Positions 47,356 through 56,757 of a stretch of DNA of 64,000 bases are shown piece after piece; within the stretch, counting starts at the first letter, position 1; each line of letters starts with the position of its first letter. A program made the translations under genes and the position numbers. A model generated the notes under the pieces. That model was not told the DNA's origin. It searched no databases and saw only the letters and a program-made list of their open reading frames with translations. The stretch is from a virus: the IMG/VR virus record IMGVR_UViG_3300006056_000034, positions 4,078 to 68,077 of that record; one strand, given 5' to 3'.

Positions 47356-49350
47356 TTAGATATCGTATGATAATTTAACAATGTTATTAATGTCGCGTAA
47401 TTCAAATACAGGAACAACAGTGTAGTTGATAGTAACAGAGAATACGCCAGTAGGAATAACTCTTGCTGCATACTTCTTGATCATGCCAGCCTTTACTGCT
47501 TCTTGGAACACAGAATCAACAGCAGTCTGCATAGCAGCCAGCTTGATTTCATCAATTCCTTTGCCAAGATATGTATCTAGTCTTTCGCGCAAAGTATTTG
47601 TAATATTGCGGATAATGATAGATGTAGAGATATAGTCATAATCTGATGCTGCATTAGTAGCTAGTTCACCAGAAGCACATACTACACCACGTTTCTTTTC
47701 TTGGAATACAACGTATCCAATATAAGACAAGTCATCTAGTCTAGTTTTCTTGATATCGAAAGGCAAGGTTACACGAGGAATTAGCTCATTAGTAGTGGAG
47801 TTGCCTGGAATAATAGTAGTCGTTAAACCAGTATATAGTGCTGCACCATTAGACGATCCTGCTGCCAAGCCTGCTGACGAGATAGGAGGAATAGACACAA
47901 CTGCGGCAACCACAGACAAGAACTTGCCTAGATCGATTGGCGCGCCTTGGCTATCACTTACCACATTGCCATCCGGGAATCCCGAATCAGTATGGTAGAA
48001 GCCTGGAGCACGAGTGATGGAGCCAGCCATAAACTTGTTGCCCAATAAGCCAGAGCCGTTAGCTATAACAACTCCGTCAATATCAATTTCTGGAGAAGAG
48101 CCAATCCATTTTGCTACTTTAGCACTTGTGTATGCTTCTGGTTGACTTGTAGCAACTGAGCATAGAACAAAGCGTTCATTCTCGGTAAGAGAGTATGCAA
48201 ATTCGCCTAACTGATGAACAAAGTTAACCTCATGGTAAGTCTTGGCTACAATTGGTTGCCCGTTAACATCTAGATCTGCCAATGCAAGAGTTGGAGTTGT
48301 GCCTGCGCCATCCTTATACAATGTCTTGACTGTACTCCATTCATATATAACCTCACCATAAGCATCTTCACCCTTGTTAAGATAAGTAAGCTTATCAGTA
48401 GCAGAAGAGCCATCTGCTAAGTTAGGTGCATCAAGAGTAATTCTGTCAACAAATACTTCGGTAGCAATAGTGGTTTCTAGGTCGGTATATGCTTTGTCTA
48501 GCAATTCATAATACTTCTGTAATGAACAGTTGATATTATCTTCGCCAGCGCTAAAGGTAGCACCAACAACTGAACCAGGTCTATTGAAGGTTATTTCAAT
48601 AGTATGTGTGTCGGCAGGAGGAGCAGTGAAGACTACTTCGTCATGAGGAGATGGCAATGCAACGTTAATTACTAGGTTATATGTAGAAGGGTCTACCACT
48701 GTGCCATTAACCTTAATCTTTTCAATCAATGTTCCTGGATTGGTCGCGCCCGGAAGCGTAAATGCTACGGTAGCGCCGTTACCTGTTTTGTTAGATATAG
48801 TATCGACTTTTAGAGAAGAAACTACGCTCGACAAAACAACTGGTGCTGTAGGATAGCCGACACGCAAAGTAAATGCTGGGTCAAAGCCTTCAACAACAAT
48901 CCTGCCCAAGTCAACTTCTGCGCCTGTTACATTAGAGTAGACAATACGAGTGCCTTCAAAAACAATAAGTGCAGCTAGTGCGCCATTGTTTGGCTGTGGA
49001 CCAATATATACTGAATACTTAGAGCTAGCGTCAACAGATGCTTCTACAGTAGTAATAGATGTGTCTGTTCCGAAAAGGTTATTCACGGAAGCAGCCTTAC
49101 CGCCGATACGATAAAGGACAACGTTCTTGGCGCCGCCAAATTTGACTTCGCTTAATTTGCTAAGGATTGGTGAACCATCACCAAATAATGCTCTTGCTGT
49201 ATTAGAGTCACGTACAAGTATCTGGCCTTCTGGACCTTTCTTTGCTGTGCCAATAATTAAAACAACTGGGCCTGTTATAGATTCATCAACAATAAGATTG
49301 CCATCTAATAGCTCTAATCTGTTTGCTGGTAAGTTTTTATAAGTTGGCAT
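47356..49350 (-). CDS. Contractile tail sheath protein
   Basis: N-terminal VVLIIGTAKKGP...ARALFG, C-terminal ISTSIIIRNI...YLGK...VPVFELRDI; size and position before the tube gene. Confidence 0.88.
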   Translation of the reverse strand: MPTYKNLPANRLELLDGNLIVDESITGPVVLIIGTAKKGPEGQILVRDSNTARALFGDGSPILSKLSEVKFGGAKNVVLYRIGGKAASVNNLFGTDTSITTVEASVDASSKYSVYIGPQPNNGALAALIVFEGTRIVYSNVTGAEVDLGRIVVEGFDPAFTLRVGYPTAPVVLSSVVSSLKVDTISNKTGNGATVAFTLPGATNPGTLIEKIKVNGTVVDPSTYNLVINVALPSPHDEVVFTAPPADTHTIEITFNRPGSVVGATFSAGEDNINCSLQKYYELLDKAYTDLETTIATEVFVDRITLDAPNLADGSSATDKLTYLNKGEDAYGEVIYEWSTVKTLYKDGAGTTPTLALADLDVNGQPIVAKTYHEVNFVHQLGEFAYSLTENERFVLCSVATSQPEAYTSAKVAKWIGSSPEIDIDGVVIANGSGLLGNKFMAGSITRAPGFYHTDSGFPDGNVVSDSQGAPIDLGKFLSVVAAVVSIPPISSAGLAAGSSNGAALYTGLTTTIIPGNSTTNELIPRVTLPFDIKKTRLDDLSYIGYVVFQEKKRGVVCASGELATNAASDYDYISTSIIIRNITNTLRERLDTYLGKGIDEIKLAAMQTAVDSVFQEAVKAGMIKKYAARVIPTGVFSVTINYTVVPVFELRDINNIVKLSYDI

Positions 49351-49366
49351 TAATATAATTCTCCAA

Positions 49367-50038
49367 TTAGTGTTTAATGTCTTCTTGTATTAATTTTGGC
49401 ATTTTACTTAATAAAGCTTCTTTTGAGCAACTTATTTCGTATGTCCTTATTAGCAACTTTATGGGTATGCCAATTAGTCTTTTATTGCCATATGTGTTTT
49501 GGATTATTGGGCCGCCCCTCTCCTTGAAGATAGCCAACCCTACATGCTGCTTTATATAGTAATATGCTGTTTGAAATATATTCTCTATTAGTGAAGCTAT
49601 ATTCATTGCATATCTGTTTTTCTCAGCCCAACAATATAATGTTATTTCATTATCGTATGGCTGCATGTAAACCTGTTTTGAGCCACCGTTAATTAGGTCT
49701 GGTTCTTCTGCTATAAAGAATGGCCTGTACTGAATATGCGACTCTTTAACATATTCCGAATTAGAACGCATATCTGCGCATCTTCTTCTTGAAACCTCAA
49801 ATGTTACAGTGCAAGCACCGTTTGCCACCTGATCTGGATATTCATGAGTGAATGAAAACGCATTATGTTTGTCAACGCCAACATCTTCAGTTCCTTCTTC
49901 AATAAGACCATTGTTCTCGAACAGATGGTAGAACAGATCAAATATCTTGTCAACTGTTATGTACTTGTTCTTAAACTCATCAGCGCTTCCTACTGCGATT
50001 CCAAGGTTAGCTATGCTGTCTTTATATATGTGATGCAT
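49367..50038 (-). CDS. Putative tail terminator / tail completion protein
   Basis: Immediately upstream of the sheath gene; YDNEITLYCWA...A...IE pattern. Confidence 0.55.
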   Translation of the reverse strand: MHHIYKDSIANLGIAVGSADEFKNKYITVDKIFDLFYHLFENNGLIEEGTEDVGVDKHNAFSFTHEYPDQVANGACTVTFEVSRRRCADMRSNSEYVKESHIQYRPFFIAEEPDLINGGSKQVYMQPYDNEITLYCWAEKNRYAMNIASLIENIFQTAYYYIKQHVGLAIFKERGGPIIQNTYGNKRLIGIPIKLLIRTYEISCSKEALLSKMPKLIQEDIKH

Positions 50039-50040
50039 AA

Positions 50041-50565
50041 TTATGATTGTACCAGTGTGGTTATATTATATTCTATTTTATTGCCGTCTAGTCTCATTTC
50101 TTTATTGGCAACTGCAAAATACTTTTCTGTTCTTGCTATTGGCACTTTTATGCCGCCGTTCTCATTACATTCCAATATATAAACTATGTCTCCATCATTA
50201 ACGATATCTGATGAAAGAGTTATTAATACATATGTGGCATTCTGCATTCTTCCTACATTAGAAGCATAACCGAGCTGGTCAGCTAACCTAATAAATTGTG
50301 GCCTATATGCATATCCAAGTATTAACTTCTCATCCCAAAGGTAGCCTACTCCGTCGCAGTTCGGGCAGCCAACTCTACCTTCATTATCGTACTTCTTATT
50401 GCATGTTGAACATCTTATCTTACTTGTGTATGGAGGATTATTAATATCTCTTCTCATCACTCTTTGTAGGAATACGCTAAATTTAGGAACACCAAAATCC
50501 TTGCCGGACATAGTGTCAAGAAGCTCTTGCCTTAAGTTGATTTCATTTTTATAGATATTGGTCAT
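50041..50565 (-). CDS. Putative neck / head-closure protein with zinc-finger insertion
   Basis: CSTC...CPNCDGVGY within a beta-rich protein at the neck position. Confidence 0.55.
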   Translation of the reverse strand: MTNIYKNEINLRQELLDTMSGKDFGVPKFSVFLQRVMRRDINNPPYTSKIRCSTCNKKYDNEGRVGCPNCDGVGYLWDEKLILGYAYRPQFIRLADQLGYASNVGRMQNATYVLITLSSDIVNDGDIVYILECNENGGIKVPIARTEKYFAVANKEMRLDGNKIEYNITTLVQS

Positions 50566-51217
50566 AATAAGAAGTATTAACTCCGCCTATTTTTTGATTC
50601 GTCCCTGTGCCTGCGTTATATCTTTTTGTTGCAGCTATAGGTACTGGCTGCGATGGATCTTGCCTCCACCATTCTCTTTCACCTCTACGGTTAGATGAGT
50701 TCCATTCTCCTTTTACAAATATATTCATCATTGATGGTAAAGAATTCCATTGCTCAAATAGAGCCTTTATTCCGGCCAAGCATTGTCTTGCATCATCTAC
50801 TTTAGCTAATAAGAATGCTGGATCGGATGATGAGGATAACTTGACCTTAACATCTCCCATAAACTTTTCTTTATTCTGAGAAGATAAATAATCTAGATTA
50901 AGCGTAGCTCCAAGATGGTATATGCCGTAACACATAACATAATCTCTTTTTATCATAAATAACTGCTTAGCACTTAAAGATGCCTGCAGACCATACATTG
51001 ATAGAAAGTGATCTATTTCTCTTGAGCCATTAAAGATAACTTGTCTTATGCGAGAGGTATATGCAGTAGAGTCTTCTTCCATAAACTCATTTCTTATATC
51101 ACCTTCAGTGCAATATAATGGATTAAGCATTATATCCACTTCTATACTTTCTACAGTTAGCGGTTGCTGTTCTAGATTTCTTATTCCAGATGCAGTAATT
51201 ACTATATGCTCGTTCAT
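50549..51217 (-). CDS. Putative head-tail adaptor
   Basis: PLYCTEGDIR...SREID...KRDYVMC...KEKFMGDVKV pattern; lies between capsid and neck genes. Confidence 0.55.
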   Translation of the reverse strand: MNEHIVITASGIRNLEQQPLTVESIEVDIMLNPLYCTEGDIRNEFMEEDSTAYTSRIRQVIFNGSREIDHFLSMYGLQASLSAKQLFMIKRDYVMCYGIYHLGATLNLDYLSSQNKEKFMGDVKVKLSSSSDPAFLLAKVDDARQCLAGIKALFEQWNSLPSMMNIFVKGEWNSSNRRGEREWWRQDPSQPVPIAATKRYNAGTGTNQKIGGVNTSYYDQYL

Positions 51218-52290
51218 TATGGCTCCATAGCTATTATATATTTAGACGGCACTACATCTAGACTTGTCGCCTTTCTTATTGTGAATCTTACTTCTTTATT
51301 ATTTAAGGCCTTTATTGACACTACGTACTTTAGTGACGAGTCATAATCTTCTGTACCAGATAAAAGATAGTTGCCAAATGCCTCAGAGAAGTCCATAGAG
51401 AACGTATTTTCATTTATGCTGTTTACATCTATAGCTTCCGGAAATACTAGAACAAATGATGATATGCCAGTGTACCTTATCGATACTGACTTCTTGTCTG
51501 TTTGTGATGGAAGTATTGCTTTAAATGCCGCACTTTCATAGAAACCAAGTATATCTTCATATTGTATTCTTTGAGATGGATTGTCTTCTGTCTTTATTAC
51601 GTCTGCATCTATATATGTTTGTATTTCTTGCATCTTATTTGAAGACAGCTTGTCTGCAGATACAAGTGATACTGTGAACTTTTCACCAATTATAAATGGA
51701 AATGATGGACTGAACTTTATTGAGGTTGTTGAATTAAGTACAAGGTCTGTTGAGAATATTTCTACTGGAAAAGATGTAGATACCTGTACGTTGTCTCTGA
51801 ATAAATTTATTGCAACCGTATGTGTGCCATTAGACAACACCGATGTTGCGGCTACAACTATTTCATAGTTAGCTGTTTCTGTGATAGGGTTATTATTTGT
51901 TACTACAGATACGCTTGAATTTCCTCTGCTTACTGTTTTTTCTAAGTTGTAATACTGAGGAGGAAGGCCTTTTTCTATGTAAAGTAGGTATTTTGAATTA
52001 GTACTAAGGTTATCTGATGGTATTATTGATATAGTATTTGTACCGCTATATTCAAAAGAGACGTCTACTACGCCAAATCTTTCCTTTACGTACTGTATCT
52101 GTTTATAGTTTGGGTCACCTATTGCCGGCCATACATAATCTTCTTCTAGTCTAGTTAAAGAAATAAACCTTTCTAGGTCGTTTATACTTGGCTTGCTTGT
52201 GAATAATACCTCTATGCTCTCCCCGACAGGAAGAGCATTTAATTGATGCATATTATTCTTTATACTTAAAACATCAATTGAGATAGGCAT
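51217..52290 (-). CDS. Ig-like (Big_5/SbsA-type) domain virion protein
   Basis: IEVLFTSKP...TISIIPSDNLSTNSKYLLYIEKGL and FVLVFPEAIDVNSI match the bacterial Ig-like repeat pattern. Confidence 0.55.
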   Translation of the reverse strand: MPISIDVLSIKNNMHQLNALPVGESIEVLFTSKPSINDLERFISLTRLEEDYVWPAIGDPNYKQIQYVKERFGVVDVSFEYSGTNTISIIPSDNLSTNSKYLLYIEKGLPPQYYNLEKTVSRGNSSVSVVTNNNPITETANYEIVVAATSVLSNGTHTVAINLFRDNVQVSTSFPVEIFSTDLVLNSTTSIKFSPSFPFIIGEKFTVSLVSADKLSSNKMQEIQTYIDADVIKTEDNPSQRIQYEDILGFYESAAFKAILPSQTDKKSVSIRYTGISSFVLVFPEAIDVNSINENTFSMDFSEAFGNYLLSGTEDYDSSLKYVVSIKALNNKEVRFTIRKATSLDVVPSKYIIAMEP

Positions 52291-52291
52291 A

Positions 52292-52807
52292 TTACACTTC
52301 TGTTAATGCTGCAATTATCATTGCACGACCTTTATTAGCTTTTTCTAATTCTAGCATTGATTCTAGCTGTTTATCTGTAAGGCCATCATTCTTGATTGAC
52401 GCCAATACATTCTTAGCACTACCTGCCAATATCTTTTGCAAATCTACTTCTGCTGGAGCTTCTGGCTCAACTTCTTCGCTTACTGCTTCATCGACCTCAT
52501 CAATCTTTTCATCGACACTAATAACTACTGCCTCTGCTTCTTCTTTGATAGCTAGATCTTTTTCGTCTGCATCTAAGCCATAACGAATTTTTAATCCTAA
52601 TCTAGTATAATTATCTTTAACCATACATATTAGGTCTTCTACACCAATATCTGCCTCTAGTATTCCGCCTTTGATTGACGCAACTAAAGATGAAATAAAG
52701 CTATCACTTCTATTGTCCATATCTACCTGAGTAATACCACCCTTAGTAAGTGATACATCTTCTAAAAAGTAGAATGTTGACCTAGTCAATTGTACTGTAA
52801 TTTTCAT
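52292..52807 (-). CDS. Hypothetical capsid-adjacent protein with acidic linker and small C-terminal helical domain
   Basis: AAGGAG RBS; LESMLELEKANKGRAMIIAAL C-terminus. Confidence 0.55.
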   Translation of the reverse strand: MKITVQLTRSTFYFLEDVSLTKGGITQVDMDNRSDSFISSLVASIKGGILEADIGVEDLICMVKDNYTRLGLKIRYGLDADEKDLAIKEEAEAVVISVDEKIDEVDEAVSEEVEPEAPAEVDLQKILAGSAKNVLASIKNDGLTDKQLESMLELEKANKGRAMIIAALTEV

Positions 52808-52832
52808 TATTAATTTTAACTCCTTGTTACTT

Positions 52833-52855
52833 AAAAAGGGGCGCTAGGCCCCTTT
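52833..52855 (-). terminator. Rho-independent terminator after the major capsid gene
   Basis: Minus strand AAAGGGGC-CTAGC-GCCCCTTTTT. Confidence 0.75.
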
Positions 52856-52868
52856 GTTGTCTAACCGC

Positions 52869-54095
52869 TTAAGGCTTTAAGACGATTGGTGCTACGTTAC
52901 TAATTGTAGCCTGAGGAGGCAATACAATAGCATTAGGCTCAATGCTTACGTTGCGAGCAACAGAAATACCTTGACCTTGGTTGTACAAAGCAAAGCCATA
53001 ACGTTCACGGATTTTAATCTTAGTGATGTCACGTGCCTGGTCTGTCCATTCGTCAGTTGTAGGATCTTCAGAGATCACGATAGCACCAGTCTGAGTGGTA
53101 TCGATCATGATAATAGAGGTTGTTCTTGCGTTTGCATCATAAGGAACATGCGCACTTGGGATAATGGTAATGCCACCAAACGGGAACATTGACGGGAAAC
53201 CCATAGTGGATTGCTGAGTACCTTCTCTTTCTTCTCTTGTAGGATTAGAAGTGCTAGTAGTCAACTTGCCTGCTTGTTTCCATGCACTAGACATAGATGG
53301 GTAGACATTGTTAGGTAGACCATTGAACCACTTGTTCATACCTTGGCCGCCTTCAAGAACCATATGACGCATATTTGGATCTTTAACAAAGGTAGCCCAT
53401 GCCAACGGATGGCAAAGGATAACGTCCGGAGTAAATCCGCGCTCTAAGCTCTTAGCGTACATATCGTAGAAGTCATCTACAGTCATAGAGCCATTGCCTG
53501 TGCCGGCAAGGTTACGACCACTAGTGCGACCAATTTCTGCAGCAGTAGGATTCAAGTTATCGAAAACAACAACACCAGCAGAGTTCAACATGTTAAATAT
53601 TAAACGTTCTTTGTGACGAGCCATAGCACGAGATGCTTGGCGAATATGTAAACCAATGATATCCCATTGTGAATTGTTCATCATTTCTTCGGTTACTTTT
53701 AACGCAATACCGTGCTTACCGATATTAGCAGTTGCAGTACCACCGCCTTTTTGAATACTGAATTCTGGATATTCTTGACCTTCGGTCATTGACAAATCTG
53801 CAGGGCCAATAGCGCCCAAGGTGCCAAAGCTAACAGTAGTGCCATAACCATCTACACGAACTGAATCGATTAAACGTGTACCAATTAATACTGGCTCAAT
53901 TGCTTCCTGTACAATCTCAGTGATTACACGCTTGAATGCCATAGGGGCAGATGGAGTAGTGATCGCATCTTTAATGCGCATCTTGCAGCCTTCGCTGTCA
54001 ACACCGCCGTTATGAAACGCGCCATAGATCTCGTCGATACTGTCCTTGACTTTTAACTCTTCTGCTGTCCATGGAGTATTATGAATTTTTGACAT
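52869..54095 (-). CDS. Major capsid protein (HK97 fold)
   Basis: EGQEYPE...KHGIALKVTEEM...QWD...RAMARHKE...PDVILCHP...KIRERYG; position, strong RBS, biased codon use and a downstream terminator. Confidence 0.9.
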   Translation of the reverse strand: MSKIHNTPWTAEELKVKDSIDEIYGAFHNGGVDSEGCKMRIKDAITTPSAPMAFKRVITEIVQEAIEPVLIGTRLIDSVRVDGYGTTVSFGTLGAIGPADLSMTEGQEYPEFSIQKGGGTATANIGKHGIALKVTEEMMNNSQWDIIGLHIRQASRAMARHKERLIFNMLNSAGVVVFDNLNPTAAEIGRTSGRNLAGTGNGSMTVDDFYDMYAKSLERGFTPDVILCHPLAWATFVKDPNMRHMVLEGGQGMNKWFNGLPNNVYPSMSSAWKQAGKLTTSTSNPTREEREGTQQSTMGFPSMFPFGGITIIPSAHVPYDANARTTSIIMIDTTQTGAIVISEDPTTDEWTDQARDITKIKIRERYGFALYNQGQGISVARNVSIEPNAIVLPPQATISNVAPIVLKP

Positions 54096-54123
54096 TTATT
54101 TATTTTTCCTTTAAGTTTTTCTA

Positions 54124-55065
54124 TTAACGGCCTAAGCAGATTCTTACAAGACCATAACCACCAGAATAGGTGACAGCGTCTGACTTGCCTTGTGTCGCAG
54201 TGCCTGGCATTGCTTCTAATACTGATACACCATTTTGTGCAGTACGTACGCGTTCTAATAAGTTGAACGGACCAGAGCCTCTTACTGAAGCAACTTGACC
54301 GATAACATCTTCTTCACCATATGCGCCAAAGTCATAGCCAGTGATAGCGAAGTTTGAATCCGCATCATAAGTAACGAACATACCAGGCTTAACAGTTCCA
54401 GCAGCAGCAACACAGGCTGCAATACCTGGGAATGGAGCGGCCTTATATGTTGCGGCATTTTGTACTAATGGTAGCTCTAATTGATAGTAGCGCAAGAAAC
54501 CTACGCGAGATTGTAAGTTGAAGTTTGAACGCTTAAACGTTGCTGGATTAATGCCATCACCACCTGGATGAGGGTAACAGTCCATATACGAAACGCCGAT
54601 AGGGCTAGACAAAGTATTCAACTGGTTTAGTGGAAGTGCGCTAACGTCAAAGAATGACTTAACAACTGTTTCACCAAGAGTAACTAAGTTACCGGCAGCG
54701 TTTAATACGCCAGCTTGTACGTCAATTGCAGTATATTTGTCTAACGCTAATAGATCAGCAGCAGCTAAGCCAGCACCGATGTTAGCTTCGGCGTCTGCGG
54801 CAGCTTTGTATAGTGCAGCTTGTAGCTTTAAGCCAGCTGGAACCATGTAGCCAGTTACGTCAAATGCGACAACCTTACCTTGTGACAGAACTTTATATTC
54901 TCTATTGTATACGTCATATCTTACCATTGGTAGATATGGAGCGATTTGAAATTCGCCAGCTGGACGTTGGCCTTCAGAGTATTCGACGTTAGGGGTAATG
55001 TGGCCCCAATCGTCCCACTCTTTGTAGCCTTGTGCTGGATTAATGCTGAATGGGCTTAATGACAT
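54124..55065 (-). CDS. Capsid decoration / minor capsid protein
   Basis: Between scaffold and MCP; Gly/Ala-rich; same high-expression codon use as the MCP. Confidence 0.6.
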   Translation of the reverse strand: MSLSPFSINPAQGYKEWDDWGHITPNVEYSEGQRPAGEFQIAPYLPMVRYDVYNREYKVLSQGKVVAFDVTGYMVPAGLKLQAALYKAAADAEANIGAGLAAADLLALDKYTAIDVQAGVLNAAGNLVTLGETVVKSFFDVSALPLNQLNTLSSPIGVSYMDCYPHPGGDGINPATFKRSNFNLQSRVGFLRYYQLELPLVQNAATYKAAPFPGIAACVAAAGTVKPGMFVTYDADSNFAITGYDFGAYGEEDVIGQVASVRGSGPFNLLERVRTAQNGVSVLEAMPGTATQGKSDAVTYSGGYGLVRICLGR

Positions 55066-55067
55066 AT

Positions 55068-56744
55068 TTATTTAACTCCGTTAAAAGTAAAGTTGTCTGG
55101 TATTTTGTTTTCATCTTTTAATGTTTGAATGTACTGCTTAGCGGCAGCAAAACCTTTTTCCCTTCTGATCGACTGATAGGCGTCTAGGATTTCTTCATTC
55201 TTTAATTTTTCTACCTTAGAACCATCTGGTTTGGCTGCGCTTGCATCCTCTCCTTCGTTTTTGGCCGCATCTTCGATAGAAACCGATGCAGGATCAAGTT
55301 GCTTATTATCATTAGCATTGGTATTTGTGTCAACAGATTTATTAACACTAATATCCGCGAGCTTGTCCTCTAGGGATAGAATACTTCTCTTGTCTAATTT
55401 ATCTGCATAATCTGCATCTGTCAACTTATCTTCTATTGATAATATCTGATTAATGACATTTTTACGATATTTATCAGAAATGCTTTGTATTTCATTTTCC
55501 AAGACATTGTTTGCGCGCTGCAAAGACTTAATTCTTTGTATGGAGAAAGAGTCGCTTACATTGAATGCTTCCTTCATAGCCTTGGCTACTCCAGATACAA
55601 TTTGAGCTATATGTTCATCGCTAATAGCAATTACCGGAACTTGACTTGCTTCTGGTGCAGATTTGCCATCTGCTATTTCTTCGGATTGTAAAGCAGCTAG
55701 GCCGTCTTCTATAACATACTCGGCACCGTTCATTACCTGAAGTAAATCTTCTACGGTTGCTATCATTGCCTTTTGCTCATCGCTTTCTTGCTGTTCTTTT
55801 AAAATCAATAAAGAAGCCATCGCATGTGCAGTATCAAATACAGGCAACATCTTGTCTTCGGATAGTAAGAATTGTGCTGGCTTTGCTGAGGCAAACGCAT
55901 CTTCATTAATATGCTTAGATAGTTGTTTTGATTCCATGTACTCTTTAAAGCCATCATATTCTGAATACTTTGATTTTAAGATTTCTTTTAAAGTCATTTT
56001 TGTACCTTTTTTATCTTCTAAGACATAGTCTAAGATTGTGATTTTTGTATCTTCCGACATATCTAATATCTCAGAAGCTGTATTTACGTCTGCCGGACTA
56101 TTTACGTATGACACGTGATCAAACTCCATTTGGTCGCCAGATATGAAGTAACACTTCTCGTCTTCGTATGTTTGGCCAGGATAATGGTTACAGTAATCAG
56201 CCATGTTATTGACTCCACATATAGAGCAATACATTGCATTTGAACCACCACCAATAGAGACAGTCATATATCTTCTGTCTATTATTTTCTGTATAGCATC
56301 AGAATCTGTTATTTCTGCAACTAAATACAAGTGGCCTAGACCTTTATATCCCATGGCAGAATAATCTGCTGATGAAACATGCTTCTTTATTTTGTCTAGA
56401 AACTTAGCATTTGTAGACGTGCTTAAAGAATTGATATCTGTCGACATATTGTACTGCACATACTCTGCAGATACAACCCTACCTATTGGTGCGCCGACAT
56501 TGCTGTGGTTAACTGTTACTGGCTTATTGTATGGCTTAGTAAAAGAGTCTGCACCGTTTTTCATTCCTACTGGGGTATAGAACTTATAATTCTTATTTAC
56601 TATACCAGAATGAGTGGCCTCTATTCCAACCTTTATACTGGTTACTTTTTTGGAATCGCTTATTAATGTTTTTAACTGATTAATACTAGATTCTTTAATT
56701 GCTATAGTAAAGGTTGTTTTAAGATCCATTTTTGGTTTACTCAA
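55068..56744 (-). CDS. Prohead protease fused to scaffold-like coiled-coil region
   Basis: TTG start with AGGAG RBS; KPVTVNH...PIGRV...YMTVSIG...DHVSYVNSPAD protease motifs; CSICG..CNH..C insertion; acidic helical C-terminal half. Confidence 0.85.
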   Translation of the reverse strand: MSKPKMDLKTTFTIAIKESSINQLKTLISDSKKVTSIKVGIEATHSGIVNKNYKFYTPVGMKNGADSFTKPYNKPVTVNHSNVGAPIGRVVSAEYVQYNMSTDINSLSTSTNAKFLDKIKKHVSSADYSAMGYKGLGHLYLVAEITDSDAIQKIIDRRYMTVSIGGGSNAMYCSICGVNNMADYCNHYPGQTYEDEKCYFISGDQMEFDHVSYVNSPADVNTASEILDMSEDTKITILDYVLEDKKGTKMTLKEILKSKYSEYDGFKEYMESKQLSKHINEDAFASAKPAQFLLSEDKMLPVFDTAHAMASLLILKEQQESDEQKAMIATVEDLLQVMNGAEYVIEDGLAALQSEEIADGKSAPEASQVPVIAISDEHIAQIVSGVAKAMKEAFNVSDSFSIQRIKSLQRANNVLENEIQSISDKYRKNVINQILSIEDKLTDADYADKLDKRSILSLEDKLADISVNKSVDTNTNANDNKQLDPASVSIEDAAKNEGEDASAAKPDGSKVEKLKNEEILDAYQSIRREKGFAAAKQYIQTLKDENKIPDNFTFNGVK

Positions 56745-56757
56745 AATGATTCTCCTG

